From assembly GCA_038087875.1 (NCBI GenBank), contig CM075990.1, forward strand, positions 17,858,001 through 17,922,000: a stretch of 64,000 nt of DNA, written 5' to 3'. The stretch is from Malacoraja senta (taxonomy: Eukaryota). Positions 24,453 through 38,544 of this stretch are shown piece after piece. The stretch's first letter is position 1; the number at the start of each line of letters is the position of its first letter. The notes beneath the pieces are model-generated. The model worked only from the letters and a program-made list of their open reading frames with translations, did no database searches and had not been told where the DNA came from. Position numbers and translations under genes: made by a program.

Positions 24453-25120
24453 ATATGATTTTAAAGTGGGCAAGATGAATGTTCAGGTATCAGGTGACAC
24501 CAAGACTTGGATTCTACATGGAGATTTCAAAACACTGATCACACCAATCTCACGATTTCACTTGGTCTGTGGTAGAGATTTCCTTACTTTGCCCATTCAG
24601 ATCACACTTGAGAAAGTGGTGGCAACTGTCTTTCTGACCACAGGTCATGTAGTGAAGCGACATCCTCAAAGGTGCCTGACAAAGGACAAAGGACATTTAT
24701 TGTCACATACACCAAATGGTGTAGTGAAATTTGGTTGCTTCAGCAATGACATAGTGATTGATATAGATATATGTCAGAATCAGAAGGGTGTGGTTGGGTT
24801 TTTGTGTACTCCTGAGCATTCACTCCCTCTGATTGACTGCACATTGCAATTCTGATTATGACGGTTTTTTCCAGCTTTCAAGTTAACTTTTTCTTTCCAT
24901 TACCATCACTTCAGTGTTTGATTACTTTTCCAGCTTTCTGTTAACGTATTACTTTTATTCTCTCTCTCACTCGATTTATTTATTTATTTATTGTATTTAT
25001 CTTTCCTTTCCTGCTCTGAAATCAAAGAGGTAGGGCGATGAACGTTCAAGTATACTGAAAACATATTTATGGAATGAAAAATAATGAAAGTATACTGTTT
25101 CAGTTAAAAAATGATTAGTT

Positions 25121-26692
25121 TTTTTTTTTGTTTTGTTTATTTTATTAGAAGTTAATACAATATAAAACAATACAGTGGCACCTAATTTTAGGTGCCAACT
25201 ATGTCATAACGTAATGCATTCTATGTACAACCTCTAGTTTTATGTTTTAGAAAAGGAGGTAAAAAAAAAAAAAAAAGAAAGAAAAAAAAAAGAGAAAAAA
25301 AAGAGGAAAAATAAATAGTAGAAAATAGAAAAACGTGAAGTGTGTATATAAGAAAAGAAAAAATAGAAAGTAGAAATAGTAGAAAAAGACCCTTAAAAAT
25401 GAAATTTTCAAATCTTTCTTTGGAGATGTAAATCTATCCACGACCTGACCTGAAATCAGTAATCTTTACGGTACTGCTGCATCACATGATTCCAAAAAGT
25501 CGATGAAAGGTGACCAACTCCTTAAGAATTGGTCATATTTATCTATTAGGCGGAGTCTCATTTCTTCAAGGTGTGCTATGTCCGTCATATTCCTAATCCA
25601 CATTTTAATAGTTGGTATAGCTGTATTTTTCCAAAATTTAAGTATCAATTTCTTTCCAATTATTAACCCATAATTAAAGAATACTTTTTGGTCTTTGTTT
25701 AAATTGATATCTTCTAATATTATTCCAAATATAATCCATTCCATATTAGGTTCTATTCTTGACTTGAAGAGCTTTGTAAATATATCAAATATATCGCTCC
25801 AAAATGTGTTCAACTTTGTACATCCTACAAATGAATGTGTTATATTGGCATTTTGAAACAAACATTTATCGCATCTGGGAGAGACATTTGGGTAAAATTT
25901 ATTCAACCTCGTTTTTGAATAATATAGTCTATGTAATAATTTAAATTGAATTAAATTATGTCTTGCATTAATGGAACAATTATGTGTATTCATCAGATAC
26001 TTTTCCCATCTATCTTTCGGGATCTTTAGCATTAGTTCATGTTCCCAATCTTCTCTTAGTGCCTCTGTTGAGGGTAATTCTCTATTTAATATACTATTAT
26101 AAAAATATGATATTAGTTTTTCTGAATCAGCCTTAATATTCATTGCTTCTTCTAATGGTCTAAAAATATAGTTTGAGATCTATGTATATATTTCTTCATA
26201 AAGTCACATATCTGTATATATTTAAAATATTGATTATCATTCAGTTTAAATTTAAATTTTAATTGTTGAAATGATAACAATTTGCCCAGTTCATACATAT
26301 CTCCTACTTTCCAATCCCCAATCTATCCCATTGTTTATATGTTTTATCGATAAGAGATGGTTTGAATGCAGGATTATTCAGAATTGGGGTTAATACTGAT
26401 AGATTATTTAATTTCAAGGATAATTTTATTTATTTCCAAATTCTTATTGTATTGTGAATAATTGGGTTCTTCTTATATATCATACTATTCAATTTTATTG
26501 GTGAGAACAAGATCGTTCCTATATCGTACGGGAAACACTCCTCTTTTTCCATTCTTATCCACTCCGACTGGTGAGTTGAACTATCCGACCAGTACATTAT
26601 GTTCTTAATATGCACTGCCCAGTAGTAATACGTAAAGTTAGGTAGTGATAAACCCCCAGCTTCTTTAGGTTTACACAAATGCTTTCGTTGAA
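25121..26692 (-). mobile_element. 5'-truncated L1 (ORF2 C-terminus with CCHC zinc knuckle, 3'UTR, polyA); copies at ~28967-30540 and ~32823-34400
   Basis: GGLSLPNF, CDKC..HSFVGC; probable TSD aatgattagtt (25110-25120, 26703-26713). Confidence 0.88.
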
Positions 26693-29600
26693 TTAGTTAG
26701 AGAATGATTAGTTAGAGAATTATGCAAGAGAGTTACTACAGTTTTTTGTGTCTATCTTCAGTTTAAACCAGCACTTGCAGTTACTTCTGAAAGAGTTAAT
26801 ACAGTCAAATCTAATAGGGTTCACAAAATTGAGTTGCTGTAATTGTTCTTCTTACTAATTTAAGTCGGCGCTCATCTTTCCCCCATCCCACCCCCCCACA
26901 AGGAAAATTCTGGAATTTGTTTTTCTAAATGAAAGCTCTCCCCAAGAATCTGATTAAAACGGATTTTTAAAAATCTCATCCCCCCCCACCCCCACCCCTT
27001 GAGGTGGAAACTGCTGTTCCCATTGTGATGTAATTGTGGGCTGAAAGACTGTTCATGAGCAGGTTATGTAAATGAGATCCCATTGTGATGTCATAGCTCT
27101 AACTGCCACCGCTGAATCTTTCCCAAATTGGATTTAGTAAAGCTAAAAATGTTAATATCTAGTAAAATATAACACCAATCTAAACGAAACTTGTTGAAAA
27201 CACGCCACAGGACAATTGTGAGTAAGGTGGAGCAAAATTTGTAGCCTTATCATGTACCGTTTTGGCGCAATTTCAGGATCTCACTCACTTAATCACACAT
27301 GCTCACAGACAGACATCCAAACAAGATGAGAGTTTTAGTAATATACTAGACCAAGTGGGACCCGTTGGTCCTCATTCTCCCAACGCAATATTCCACCACT
27401 CACCCATTCCCCCAATGCAACCCGTTTTCACCACTCACCTGTTCCCCCCAACATAACCCGTTCTCCCAACGCAATATTCCACCACTCACACATAGACCCC
27501 AACTGGGCAGGCGTGGCTCATTTCCCCTCACAAAAATACTGGAGGAACTCAGCGGGTGCAGCAGCATCTATGGAGCGAAGAAAATAGGCAACGTTTCGGG
27601 CCGAAACCCTTCTTCAGAATTCTTTAAATTCCTGGGCGTGCACATCTCTGAGGATCTTTCCTGGTCCGAGAACACTGATGCTACTATTAAGAAAGCACAT
27701 CAGCGCCTCAACTTCCTGAGAAGATTACGGAGAGTTGGTTTGTCAAGGAGGACTCTAACTTCTACAGGTGCACAGTAGAGAGCATGCTGACCGGTTGCAT
27801 CGTGGCTTGGTTCGGCAACTTGAGCGCCCTGGAGAGGAAAAGACTACAAAGTGTAGTAAACACTGCCCAGTCCATCATCGGCTCTGACCTCCCTTCCATC
27901 GAGGGGATCTATCGCAGTCGCTGCCTCAAAAAGGCTGGCAGTATCATCAAGGACCCACACCATCCTGGCCACACACTCATCTCCCTGCTACCTTCAGGTA
28001 GAAGGTACAGGAGCCTGAAGACTGCAACGTCCAGGTTCAGGAATAGCTACTTCCCCACAGCCATCAGGCTATTAAACTTGGCTCGGACAAAACTATGAAC
28101 ATTAATAGCCCATTATCTGTTACTTGCACTTTATCAGTTTATTTATTCATGTGTGTATATATTTTTATAATGATATATGGACACACTGATCTGTTTTGTA
28201 GTCAATGCCTTCTATGTTCTGTTGTGCTGAAGCAAAGCAAGAATTTCATTTGCCTATCAGGGACACATGACAATAAACTCACTTGACTTGACTTGACTTG
28301 ATATGATTTTAAAGTGGGCAAGATGAATGTTCAGGTATCAGGTGACACCAAGACTTGGATTCTACATGGAGATTTCAAAACACTGATCACACCAATCTCA
28401 CGATTTCACTTGGTCTGTGGTAGAGATTTCCTTACTTTGCCCATTCAGATCACACTTGAGAAAGTGGTGGCAACTGTCTTTCTGACCACAGGTCATGTAG
28501 TGAAGCGACATCCTCAAAGGTGCCTGACAAAGGACAAAGGACATTTATTGTCACATACACCAAATGGTGTAGTGAAATTTGGTTGCTTCAGCAATGACAT
28601 AGTGATTGATATAGATATATGTCAGAATCAGAAGGGTGTGGTTGGGTTTTTGTGTACTCCTGAGCATTCACTCCCTCTGATTGACTGCACATTGCAATTC
28701 TGATTATGACGGTTTTTTCCAGCTTTCAAGTTAACTTTTTCTTTCCATTACCATCACTTCAGTGTTTGATTACTTTTCCAGCTTTCTGTTAACGTATTAC
28801 TTTTATTCTCTCTCTCACTCGATTTATTTATTTATTTATTGTATTTATCTTTCCTTTCCTGCTCTGAAATCAAAGAGGTAGGGCGATGAACGTTCAAGTA
28901 TACTGAAAACATATTTATGGAATGAAAAATAATGAAAGTATACTGTTTCAGTTAAAAAATGATTAGTTTTTTTTTTTGTTTTGTTTATTTTATTAGAAGT
29001 TAATACAATATAAAACAATACAGTGGCACCTAATTTTAGGTGCCAACTATGTCATAACGTAATGCATTCTATGTACAACCTCTAGTTTTATGTTTTAGAA
29101 AAGGAGGTAAAAAAAAAAAAAAAGAAAGAAAAAAAAAAGAGAAAAAAAGAGGAAAAATAAATAGTAGAAAATAGAAAAACGTGAAGTGTGTATATAAGAA
29201 AAGAAAAAATAGAAAGTAGAAATAGTAGAAAAAGACCCTTAAAAATGAAATTTTCAAATCTTTCTTTGGAGATGTAAATCTATCCACGACCTGACCTGAA
29301 ATCAGTAATCTTTACGGTACTGCTGCATCACATGATTCCAAAAAGTCGATGAAAGGTGACCAACTCCTTAAGAATTGGTCATATTTATCTATTAGGCGGA
29401 GTCTCATTTCTTCAAGGTGTGCTATGTCCGTCATATTCCTAATCCACATTTTAATAGTTGGTATAGCTGTATTTTTCCAAAATTTAAGTATCAATTTCTT
29501 TCCAATTATTAACCCATAATTAAAGAATACTTTTTGGTCTTTGTTTAAATTGATATCTTCTAATATTATTCCAAATATAATCCATTCCATATTAGGTTCT

Positions 29601-32600
29601 ATTCTTGACTTGAAGAGCTTTGTAAATATATCAAATATATCGCTCCAAAATGTGTTCAACTTTGTACATCCTACAAATGAATGTGTTATATTGGCATTTT
29701 GAAACAAACATTTATCGCATCTGGGAGAGACATTTGGGTAAAATTTATTCAACCTCGTTTTTGAATAATATAGTCTATGTAATAATTTAAATTGAATTAA
29801 ATTATGTCTTGCATTAATGGAACAATTATGTGTATTCATCAGATACTTTTCCCATCTATCTTTCGGGATCTTTAGCATTAGTTCATGTTCCCAATCTTCT
29901 CTTAGTGCCTCTGTTGAGGGTAATTCTCTATTTAATATACTATTATAAAAATATGATATTAGTTTTTCTGAATCAGCCTTAATATTCATTGCTTCTTCTA
30001 AATGGTCTAAAAATATAGTTTGAGATCTATGTATATATTTCTTCATAAAGTCACATATCTGTATATATTTAAAATATTGATTATCATTCAGTTTAAATTT
30101 AAATTTTAATTGTTGAAATGATAACAATTTGCCCAGTTCATACATATCTCCTACTTTCCCAATCCCCAATCTATCCCATTGTTTATATGTTTTATCGATA
30201 AGAGATGGTTTGAATGCAGGATTATTCAGAATTGGGGTTAATACTGATAGATTATTTAATTTCAAGGATAATTTTATTTATTTCCAAATTCTTATTGTAT
30301 TGTGAATAATTGGGTTCTTCTTATATATCATACTATTCAATTTTATTGGTGAGAACAAGATCGTTCCTATATCGTACGGGAAACACTCCTCTTTTTCCAT
30401 TCTTATCCACTCCGACTGGTGAGTTGAACTATCCGACCAGTACATTATGTTCTTAATATGCACTGCCCAGTAGTAATACGTAAAGTTAGGTAGTGATAAA
30501 CCCCCAGCTTCTTTAGGTTTACACAAATGCTTTCGTTGAATTAGTTAGAGAATGATTAGTTAGAGAATTATGCAAGAGAGTTACTACAGTTTTTTGTGTC
30601 TATCTTCAGTTTAAACCAGCACTTGCAGTTACTTCTGAAAGAGTTAATACAGTCAAATCTAATAGGGTTCACAAAATTGAGTTGCTGTAATTGTTCTTCT
30701 TACTAATTTAAGTCGGCGCTCATCTTTCCCCATCCCACCCCCCCACAAGGAAAATTCTGGAATTTGTTTTTCTAAATGAAAGCTCTCCCCAAGAATCTGA
30801 TTAAAACGGATTTTTAAAAATCTCATCCCCCCCCACCCCCACCCCTTGAGGTGGAAACTGCTGTTCCCATTGTGATGTAATTGTGGGCTGAAAGACTGTT
30901 CATGAGCAGGTTATGTAAATGAGATCCCATTGTGATGTCATAGCTCTAACTGCCACCGCTGAATCTTTCCCAAATTGGATTTAGTAAAGCTAAAAATGTT
31001 AATATCTAGTAAAATATAACACCAATCTAAACGAAACTTGTTGAAAACACGCCACAGGACAATTGTGAGTAAGGTGGAGCAAAATTTGTAGCCTTATCAT
31101 GTACCGTTTTGGCGCAATTTCAGGATCTCACTCACTTAATCACACATGCTCACAGACAGACATCCAAACAAGATGAGAGTTTTAGTAATATACTAGACCA
31201 AGTGGGACCCGTTGGTCCTCATTCTCCCAACGCAATATTCCACCACTCACCCATTCCCCCAATGCAACCCGTTTTCACCACTCACCTGTTCCCCCCAACA
31301 TAACCCGTTCTCCCAACGCAATATTCCACCACTCACACATAGACCCCAACTGGGCAGGCGTGGCTCATTTCCCTCACAAAAATACTGGAGGAACTCAGCG
31401 GGTGCAGCAGCATCTATGGAGCGAAGAAAATAGGCAACGTTTCGGGCCGAAACCCTTCTTCAGAATTCTTTAAATTCCTGGGCGTGCACATCTCTGAGGA
31501 TCTTTCCTGGTCCGAGAACACTGATGCTACTATTAAGAAAGCACATCAGCGCCTCAACTTCCTGAGAAGATTACGGAGAGTTGGTTTGTCAAGGAGGACT
31601 CTAACTTCTACAGGTGCACAGTAGAGAGCATGCTGACCGGTTGCATCGTGGCTTGGTTCGGCAACTTGAGCGCCCTGGAGAGGAAAAGACTACAAAGTGT
31701 AGTAAACACTGCCCAGTCCATCATCGGCTCTGACCTCCCTTCCATCGAGGGGATCTATCGCAGTCGCTGCCTCAAAAAGGCTGGCAGTATCATCAAGGAC
31801 CCACACCATCCTGGCCACACACTCATCTCCCTGCTACCTTCAGGTAGAAGGTACAGGAGCCTGAAGACTGCAACGTCCAGGTTCAGGAATAGCTACTTCC
31901 CCACAGCCATCAGGCTATTAAACTTGGCTCGGACAAAACTATGAACATTAATAGCCCATTATCTGTTACTTGCACTTTATCAGTTTATTTATTCATGTGT
32001 GTATATATTTTTATAATGATATATGGACACACTGATCTGTTTTGTAGTCAATGCCTTCTATGTTCTGTTGTGCTGAAGCAAAGCAAGAATTTCATTTGCC
32101 TATCAGGGACACATGACAATAAACTCACTTGACTTGACTTGACTTGATATGATTTTAAAGTGGGCAAGATGAATGTTCAGGTATCAGGTGACACCAAGAC
32201 TTGGATTCTACATGGAGATTTCAAAACACTGATCACACCAATCTCACGATTTCACTTGGTCTGTGGTAGAGATTTCCTTACTTTGCCCATTCAGATCACA
32301 CTTGAGAAAGTGGTGGCAACTGTCTTTCTGACCACAGGTCATGTAGTGAAGCGACATCCTCAAAGGTGCCTGACAAAGGACAAAGGACATTTATTGTCAC
32401 ATACACCAAATGGTGTAGTGAAATTTGGTTGCTTCAGCAATGACATAGTGATTGCTTCAGCAATGATATAGATATATGTCAGAATCAGAAGGGTGTGGTT
32501 GGGTTTTTGTGTACTCCTGAGCATTCACTCCCTCTGATTGACTGCACATTGCAATTCTGATTATGACGGTTTTTTCCAGCTTTCAAGTTAACTTTTTCTT

Positions 32601-34719
32601 TCCATTACCATCACTTCAGTGTTTGATTACTTTTCCAGCTTTCTGTTAACGTATTACTTTTATTCTCTCTCTCACTCGATTTATTTATTTATTTATTGTA
32701 TTTATCTTTCCTTTCCTGCTCTGAAATCAAAGAGGTAGGGCGATGAACGTTCAAGTATACTGAAAACATATTTATGGAATGAAAAATAATGAAAGTATAC
32801 TGTTTCAGTTAAAAAATGATTAGTTTTTTTTTTTGTTTTGTTTATTTTATTAGAAGTTAATACAATATAAAACAATACAGTGGCACCTAATTTTAGGTGC
32901 CAACTATGTCATAACGTAATGCATTCTATGTACAACCTCTAGTTTTATGTTTTAGAAAAGGAGGTAAAAAAAAAAAAAAAAGAAAGAAAAAAAAAAGAGA
33001 AAAAAAAGAGGAAAAATAAATAGTAGAAAATAGAAAAACGTGAAGTGTGTATATAAGAAAAGAAAAAATAGAAAGTAGAAATAGTAGAAAAAGACCCTTA
33101 AAAATGAAATTTTCAAATCTTTCTTTGGAGATGTAAATCTATCCACGACCTGACCTGAAATCAGTAATCTTTACGGTACTGCTGCATCACATGATTCCAA
33201 AAAGTCGATGAAAGGTGACCAACTCCTTAAGAATTGGTCATATTTATCTATTAGGCGGAGTCTCATTTCTTCAAGGTGTGCTATGTCCGTCATATTCCTA
33301 ATCCACATTTTAATAGTTGGTATAGCTGTATTTTTCCAAAATTTAAGTATCAATTTCTTTCCAATTATTAACCCATAATTAAAGAATACTTTTTGGTCTT
33401 TGTTTAAATTGATATCTTCTAATATTATTCCAAATATAATCCATTCCATATTAGGTTCTATTCTTGACTTGAAGAGCTTTGTAAATATATCAAATATATC
33501 GCTCCAAAATGTGTTCAACTTTGTACATCCTACAAATGAATGTGTTATATTGGCATTTTGAAACAAACATTTATCGCATCTGGGAGAGACATTTGGGTAA
33601 AATTTATTCAACCTCGTTTTTGAATAATATAGTCTATGTAATAATTTAAATTGAATTAAATTATGTCTTGCATTAATGGAACAATTATGTGTATTCATCA
33701 GATACTTTTCCCATCTATCTTTCGGGATCTTTAGCATTAGTTCATGTTCCCAATCTTCTCTTAGTGCCTCTGTTGAGGGTAATTCTCTATTTAATATACT
33801 ATTATAAAAATATGATATTAGTTTTTCTGAATCAGCCTTAATATTCATTGCTTCTTCTAAATGGTCTAAAAATATAGTTTGAGATCTATGTATATATTTC
33901 TTCATAAAGTCACATATCTGTATATATTTAAAATATTGATTATCATTCAGTTTAAATTTAAATTTTAATTGTTGAAATGATAACAATTTGCCCAGTTCAT
34001 ACATATCTCCTACTTTCCCAATCCCCAATCTATCCCATTGTTTATATGTTTTATCGATAAGAGATGGTTTGAATGCAGGATTATTCAGAATTGGGGTTAA
34101 TACTGATAGATTATTTAATTTCAAGGATAATTTTATTTATTTCCAAATTCTTATTGTATTGTGAATAATTGGGTTCTTCTTATATATCATACTATTCAAT
34201 TTTATTGGTGAGAACAAGATCGTTCCTATATCGTACGGGAAACACTCCTCTTTTTCCATTCTTATCCACTCCGACTGGTGAGTTGAACTATCCGACCAGT
34301 ACATTATGTTCTTAATATGCACTGCCCAGTAGTAATACGTAAAGTTAGGTAGTGATAAACCCCCAGCTTCTTTAGGTTTACACAAATGCTTTCGTTGAAT
34401 TAGTTAGAGAATGATTAGTTAGAGAATTATGCAAGAGAGTTACTACAGTTTTTTGTGTCTATCTTCAGTTTAAACCAGCACTTGCAGTTACTTCTGAAAG
34501 AGTTAATACAGTCAAATCTAATAGGGTTCACAAAATTGAGTTGCTGTAATTGTTCTTCTTACTAATTTAAGTCGGCGCTCATCTTTCCCCCATCCCACCC
34601 CCCCACAAGGAAAATTCTGGAATTTGTTTTTCTAAATGAAAGCTCTCCCCAAGAATCTGATTAAAACGGATTTTTAAAAATCTCATCCCCCCCCACCCCC
34701 ACCCCTTGAGGTGGAAACT

Positions 34720-36940
34720 GCTGTTCCCATTGTGATGTAATTGTGGGCTGAAAGACTGTTCATGAGCAGGTTATGTAAATGAGATCCCATTGTGATGTCA
34801 TAGCTCTAACTGCCACCGCTGAATCTTTCCCAAATTGGATTTAGTAAAGCTAAAAATGTTAATATCTAGTAAAATATAACACCAATCTAAACGAAACTTG
34901 TTGAAAACACGCCACAGGACAATTGTGAGTAAGGTGGAGCAAAATTTGTAGCCTTATCATGTACCGTTTTGGCGCAATTTCAGGATCTCACTCACTTAAT
35001 CACACATGCTCACAGACAGACATCCAAACAAGATGAGAGTTTTAGTAATATACTAGACCAAGTGGGACCCGTTGGTCCTCATTCTCCCAACGCAATATTC
35101 CACCACTCACCCATTCCCCCAATGCAACCCGTTTTCACCACTCACCTGTTCCCCCCAACATAACCCGTTCTCCCAACGCAATATTCCACCACTCACACAT
35201 AGACCCCAACTGGGCAGGCGTGGCTCATTTCCCCTCATCCCCCAAGACTCCCTCCCCCTCCTCTTCATCCTCCCTCATCTCTCCCCTCTCCTCCTCCCCT
35301 CCTCCATTCCCTCCCTCACCTCTCCCTCCCCTTTTCCCTACCCTCAGTCACTCCCTCCCACCCTCCATAACCCCTCCCTAACCCCCATGACCCATTGCGC
35401 CCCGTTCCCCCTACGCAATATTCCACCACTCACCTGTTCCCCCAACGCAACCCGTTTCCACCACTCACCCATTCCCCCAACGCAACCCGTTCCCCCAACG
35501 CAATATCTACCACTCATCCGTTCCCCAACGCAACCCGTTTCCACCACTCACCCATTCCCCCAACGCAACCCGTTCCCCCAACGCAATATTCTACCACTCA
35601 CCCATAGCCCCCAACTGCTCAGGCAAGGCTCATACACTCCCTCGCCCTCCTCTTCACCCACCCTCTTCTCCTCCCTCTCCTTTTCCCTACCCTCAGTCAC
35701 TCCCTCCCTCACCTCTCCCCTATCGCACTCCCCCACTACATACAATGTTTAAATAACATTTCTTCTCCTCCCTCCCTTCCCCCTCCCTCTCCTTACAACA
35801 AATCTCTCATTGAACTGGGTGGAACGCTGTTGATAGGCTGGAGGACTGTTCATGGCAGCTTATATAAATGAGATCCCATTGTGACGTCATAGCTGGAAAC
35901 TGCCAGAATCTCCCAGCAGCTGCCACAGCAACTGCCAAGTTATTGTTCTCAAAGTGGGGTTTTGTAAAGTCTTAAATGTGAATATTAGCGCTGTCGTGTA
36001 TCGTTTTGGCGTGGGTCCAGGATTACATGTGCGCGCATAGATAGATAGAAACAAGATGAGAATTTTAGTAATATACTAGACCAAGTGGGGCCCGTTGGTC
36101 CCTGTCACACGGGAGGCCTGGTCCCCCAACGCAACCCGTTCCCCCAACGCAATATTGGAACACTCACCCATAGCCCCCAAGGAAGGCCTGGCCCCCCAAC
36201 GCAGTCCGTTCCCCAACATAAGACTCCACCACTCACCCGTTTCCCCAACGCAACCCGTTCCCCCAATGCAATATTCCACCACTCACCCATAGCCCCCAAC
36301 TGAGCAGGTCGGCTCATTTTTTCAACCTCCCTCATTTTAAACTTTTAAAAAATTGCAATTGCACTAACATTTTTTAATTCTTTAATGTGATGTAGGTGCC
36401 ACCAACATGGCCATACAACTTTGCTGTGGCTTTGCAGTCATATGTGTGCTGGGTTAGGCTGGCAGATTCTTCCCCTGAAGGACATTTGCTGTCAAGGACT
36501 CAATGTCCTGGGATAGCAACATTGTAGCTAGGGCATTGTGATGTCATAGCTGGTAACTTCCAGTTCAGATTTTAAGAAATCCTTCTCAAAGTGGGGTTTT
36601 GTAAATTTTTTAATGTCATTAATTTGCGAAATATAACATCAATCTGATGTGACACGTGACACAAACGACCACAGGACAATGGTGAGTAAGGTGGTGCAAA
36701 AATGTTAGCGCTATCCTGTACCGTTTTAGCGTAGTTCCGGGATCACATGGATACTCGCACGTATAAATATAGATAGAAACAAACAAGATGAGAGGATCGA
36801 TAGATAGATACAAACAAGATGAGAGGATAGATAGATAGTTACAAACAAGATGAGAGGATAGATAGTTACAAACAAGATGAGAGGATAGATAGATAGTTGC
36901 AAACAAGATGAGATGATCGATAGGTAGATAGATAGATAGT
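34720..36940 (-). mobile_element. Head-to-tail array of non-autonomous Helitron-like units with internal minisatellites; partial copies also at ~27010-27528 and ~30860-31374
   Basis: rc 3' end GGACC-aacg-GGTCC-cacttggt-CTAG joined to 5'-type tatattactaaaactctcatcttg at 35053 and 36076. Confidence 0.68.
36776..36938 (+). repeat. Tandem ~27-31-bp units acaaacaagatgagagga(taga)n, about 5 copies
   Basis: Direct repeats; amplified Helitron-like 5' motif plus GATA microsatellite. Confidence 0.85.
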
Positions 36941-37002
36941 ACACGATTGCTGTGATCTTGTCAGATGACTGCAACAACGAGGTAAGAGTTGGAATGTGTC
37001 AA

Positions 37003-37579
37003 AGGCCTGTCTCACGCGTCTGTGGTCATTGGCAGTGATACAGGAAGTATCTACCGCTCGTGGACCGCCAGAAACCGCGGGTTCGGTCAAACGCCCACCG
37101 CCGAGGCCGTGCGGCATTGGTCCCAACATCGCACGGTGCTCACAAAAAGTCAGCACTGTTTAAAAATAATTTCTTACCGCACAGCTGCCGCCAGTGCGGC
37201 ACGGTCACCGCCACAGCCGCCGCCAGTGAGGCACGAGTGCGGCACGGTCACCGCCACAGCCGCCGCCAGTGCGGCACGAGCGCCGTGAGTGGAACTCTCA
37301 CCGCCACAGCGTCCGCCAGTGAGGCACGTGTGCGGCACGGTCACCGCCACAGCCTCCGCCAGCGCCGCGATCAGCACTACCACCGCCACAGCCCCGCTTG
37401 CTTTCTATAACACCGCAAGCTCGTGGGACCGGCCGTACTGAGATCACTCGGCCCCCGCGCAGCATCCGTGCGGCGCTCCCGCGGCATAGGCTCGGCGCTC
37501 TCGGGGTTAACGTGCGGTCCCCTCTTCCGGCGACGCCGCGCTTCACCGCCAATGACCGCAACACCGTGAGACAGAGCCT
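37003..37579. mobile_element. GC-rich Harbinger-like MITE with internal cacggtcaccgccacagccgccgccagtg repeats
   Basis: Inverted ends AGGC(T)CTGTCTCACG...GGTCATTGGC(A/G)GTGA; flanks CAA/TAA. Confidence 0.62.
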
Positions 37580-38268
37580 TAAAGCATTCACGCAGCCCTT
37601 TAGGAGGTCAATGAGAACAACCCAGGAACTCTTCACAAAGAATATCATACAGCTAGTTGCTTTTACTTCCATTTACTACAAAACAGTCAACTATGTATTT
37701 GTATGCTCCTAAAACATGAAAATGACATGTTGAGAAGCTGACCTTAATACACTGCAACTTTAACTCCCTCAATTTTATAAAATGTTATGGTCTGTATAAA
37801 ATGCAAGGGATATTCTTTCACAAGCCTTTAATAGGGAAAATCAAGTGTGATTTCTCAAGGTAGTGTCAAATGTTTGTTCAATTTCCTACTACTAAAATAT
37901 AATTGTATTTGCAAAAGCTTTTGAAATATTTCAATTTTTTCTACCCAATTGTTTGATCTTTAAAAGGTACTGGATATACTGATTGCATCCTATTTCATTT
38001 CAATCTTTAGCAATATGTTTCAGGCCTGCTGGCTTTGAGTGCTGGCTTGTGCTTTGACAGTTACATTCTTAATTCAAGATGAGAGGAATGAGAAGAGTAA
38101 CATTTCATAACTTAAGGAGTGTCAAGGTCTCTGATATTTAATGAGGCAAATATCAAAGCAGTTACATCAAAAGTAAAATGTACACATTTATCAATTTTTT
38201 AATTCCATTATTTATGAACTAACATTCGCATTATTGGAACACTGTTTCAAACAAAGCAAAGCACTTAC

Positions 38269-38362
38269 TGAAATCAATCAGGAACCTTCCAAAGCCTTGC
38301 CTTTGGTACTGGGGCATGATCATTATGCAAGAGACATTGTACTTCTGCTGGCAAAGCTTTTC
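38269..38362 (-). CDS. KAT6B: KAT6B internal coding exon with acetyl-CoA binding motif ([32 protein letters not shown])
   Basis: QRQGFG motif A; ccccAG acceptor, GTAAGT donor; 94 bp, ends phase 1, matching the next exon. Confidence 0.93.
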
Positions 38363-38544
38363 CTGGGGGACGGAGAAATAGATATGGTTGGTCAGTGCTC
38401 TGCGATGCTGACAACATGTATTACCCATAACTGTCCTTGTCTAATGTCACAGCAACCTCGGCAAACACTGATAGCGAATACTAACGACAGTTGATGATCT
38501 ATGTTGTTTTCAGTCAGATCCAAATTGTCATCTCTGTTGTTGAA

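Larger units (their letters stand above)
23682..35237 (+). repeat. Tandem triplication of a ~3.85-kb unit (starts 23682, 27529, 31375)
   Basis: Near-identical sequence and ORFs at offsets 3847 and 3846; junction ...ccct|CA|caaaaatactgg. Confidence 0.97.

Noticed and set aside
24466..24855. 129-aa ORF present in three copies
   Set aside because: Recurs only because of the triplication; GTG start, no recognisable domain, truncated in copy 3.
35072..35752. Pro-rich 226-aa ORF
   Set aside because: Translation of a C-rich minisatellite inside a Helitron-like unit.
36776..36938. Regularly spaced repeats resembling an array
   Set aside because: The 'spacers' are only GATA microsatellite length variants.
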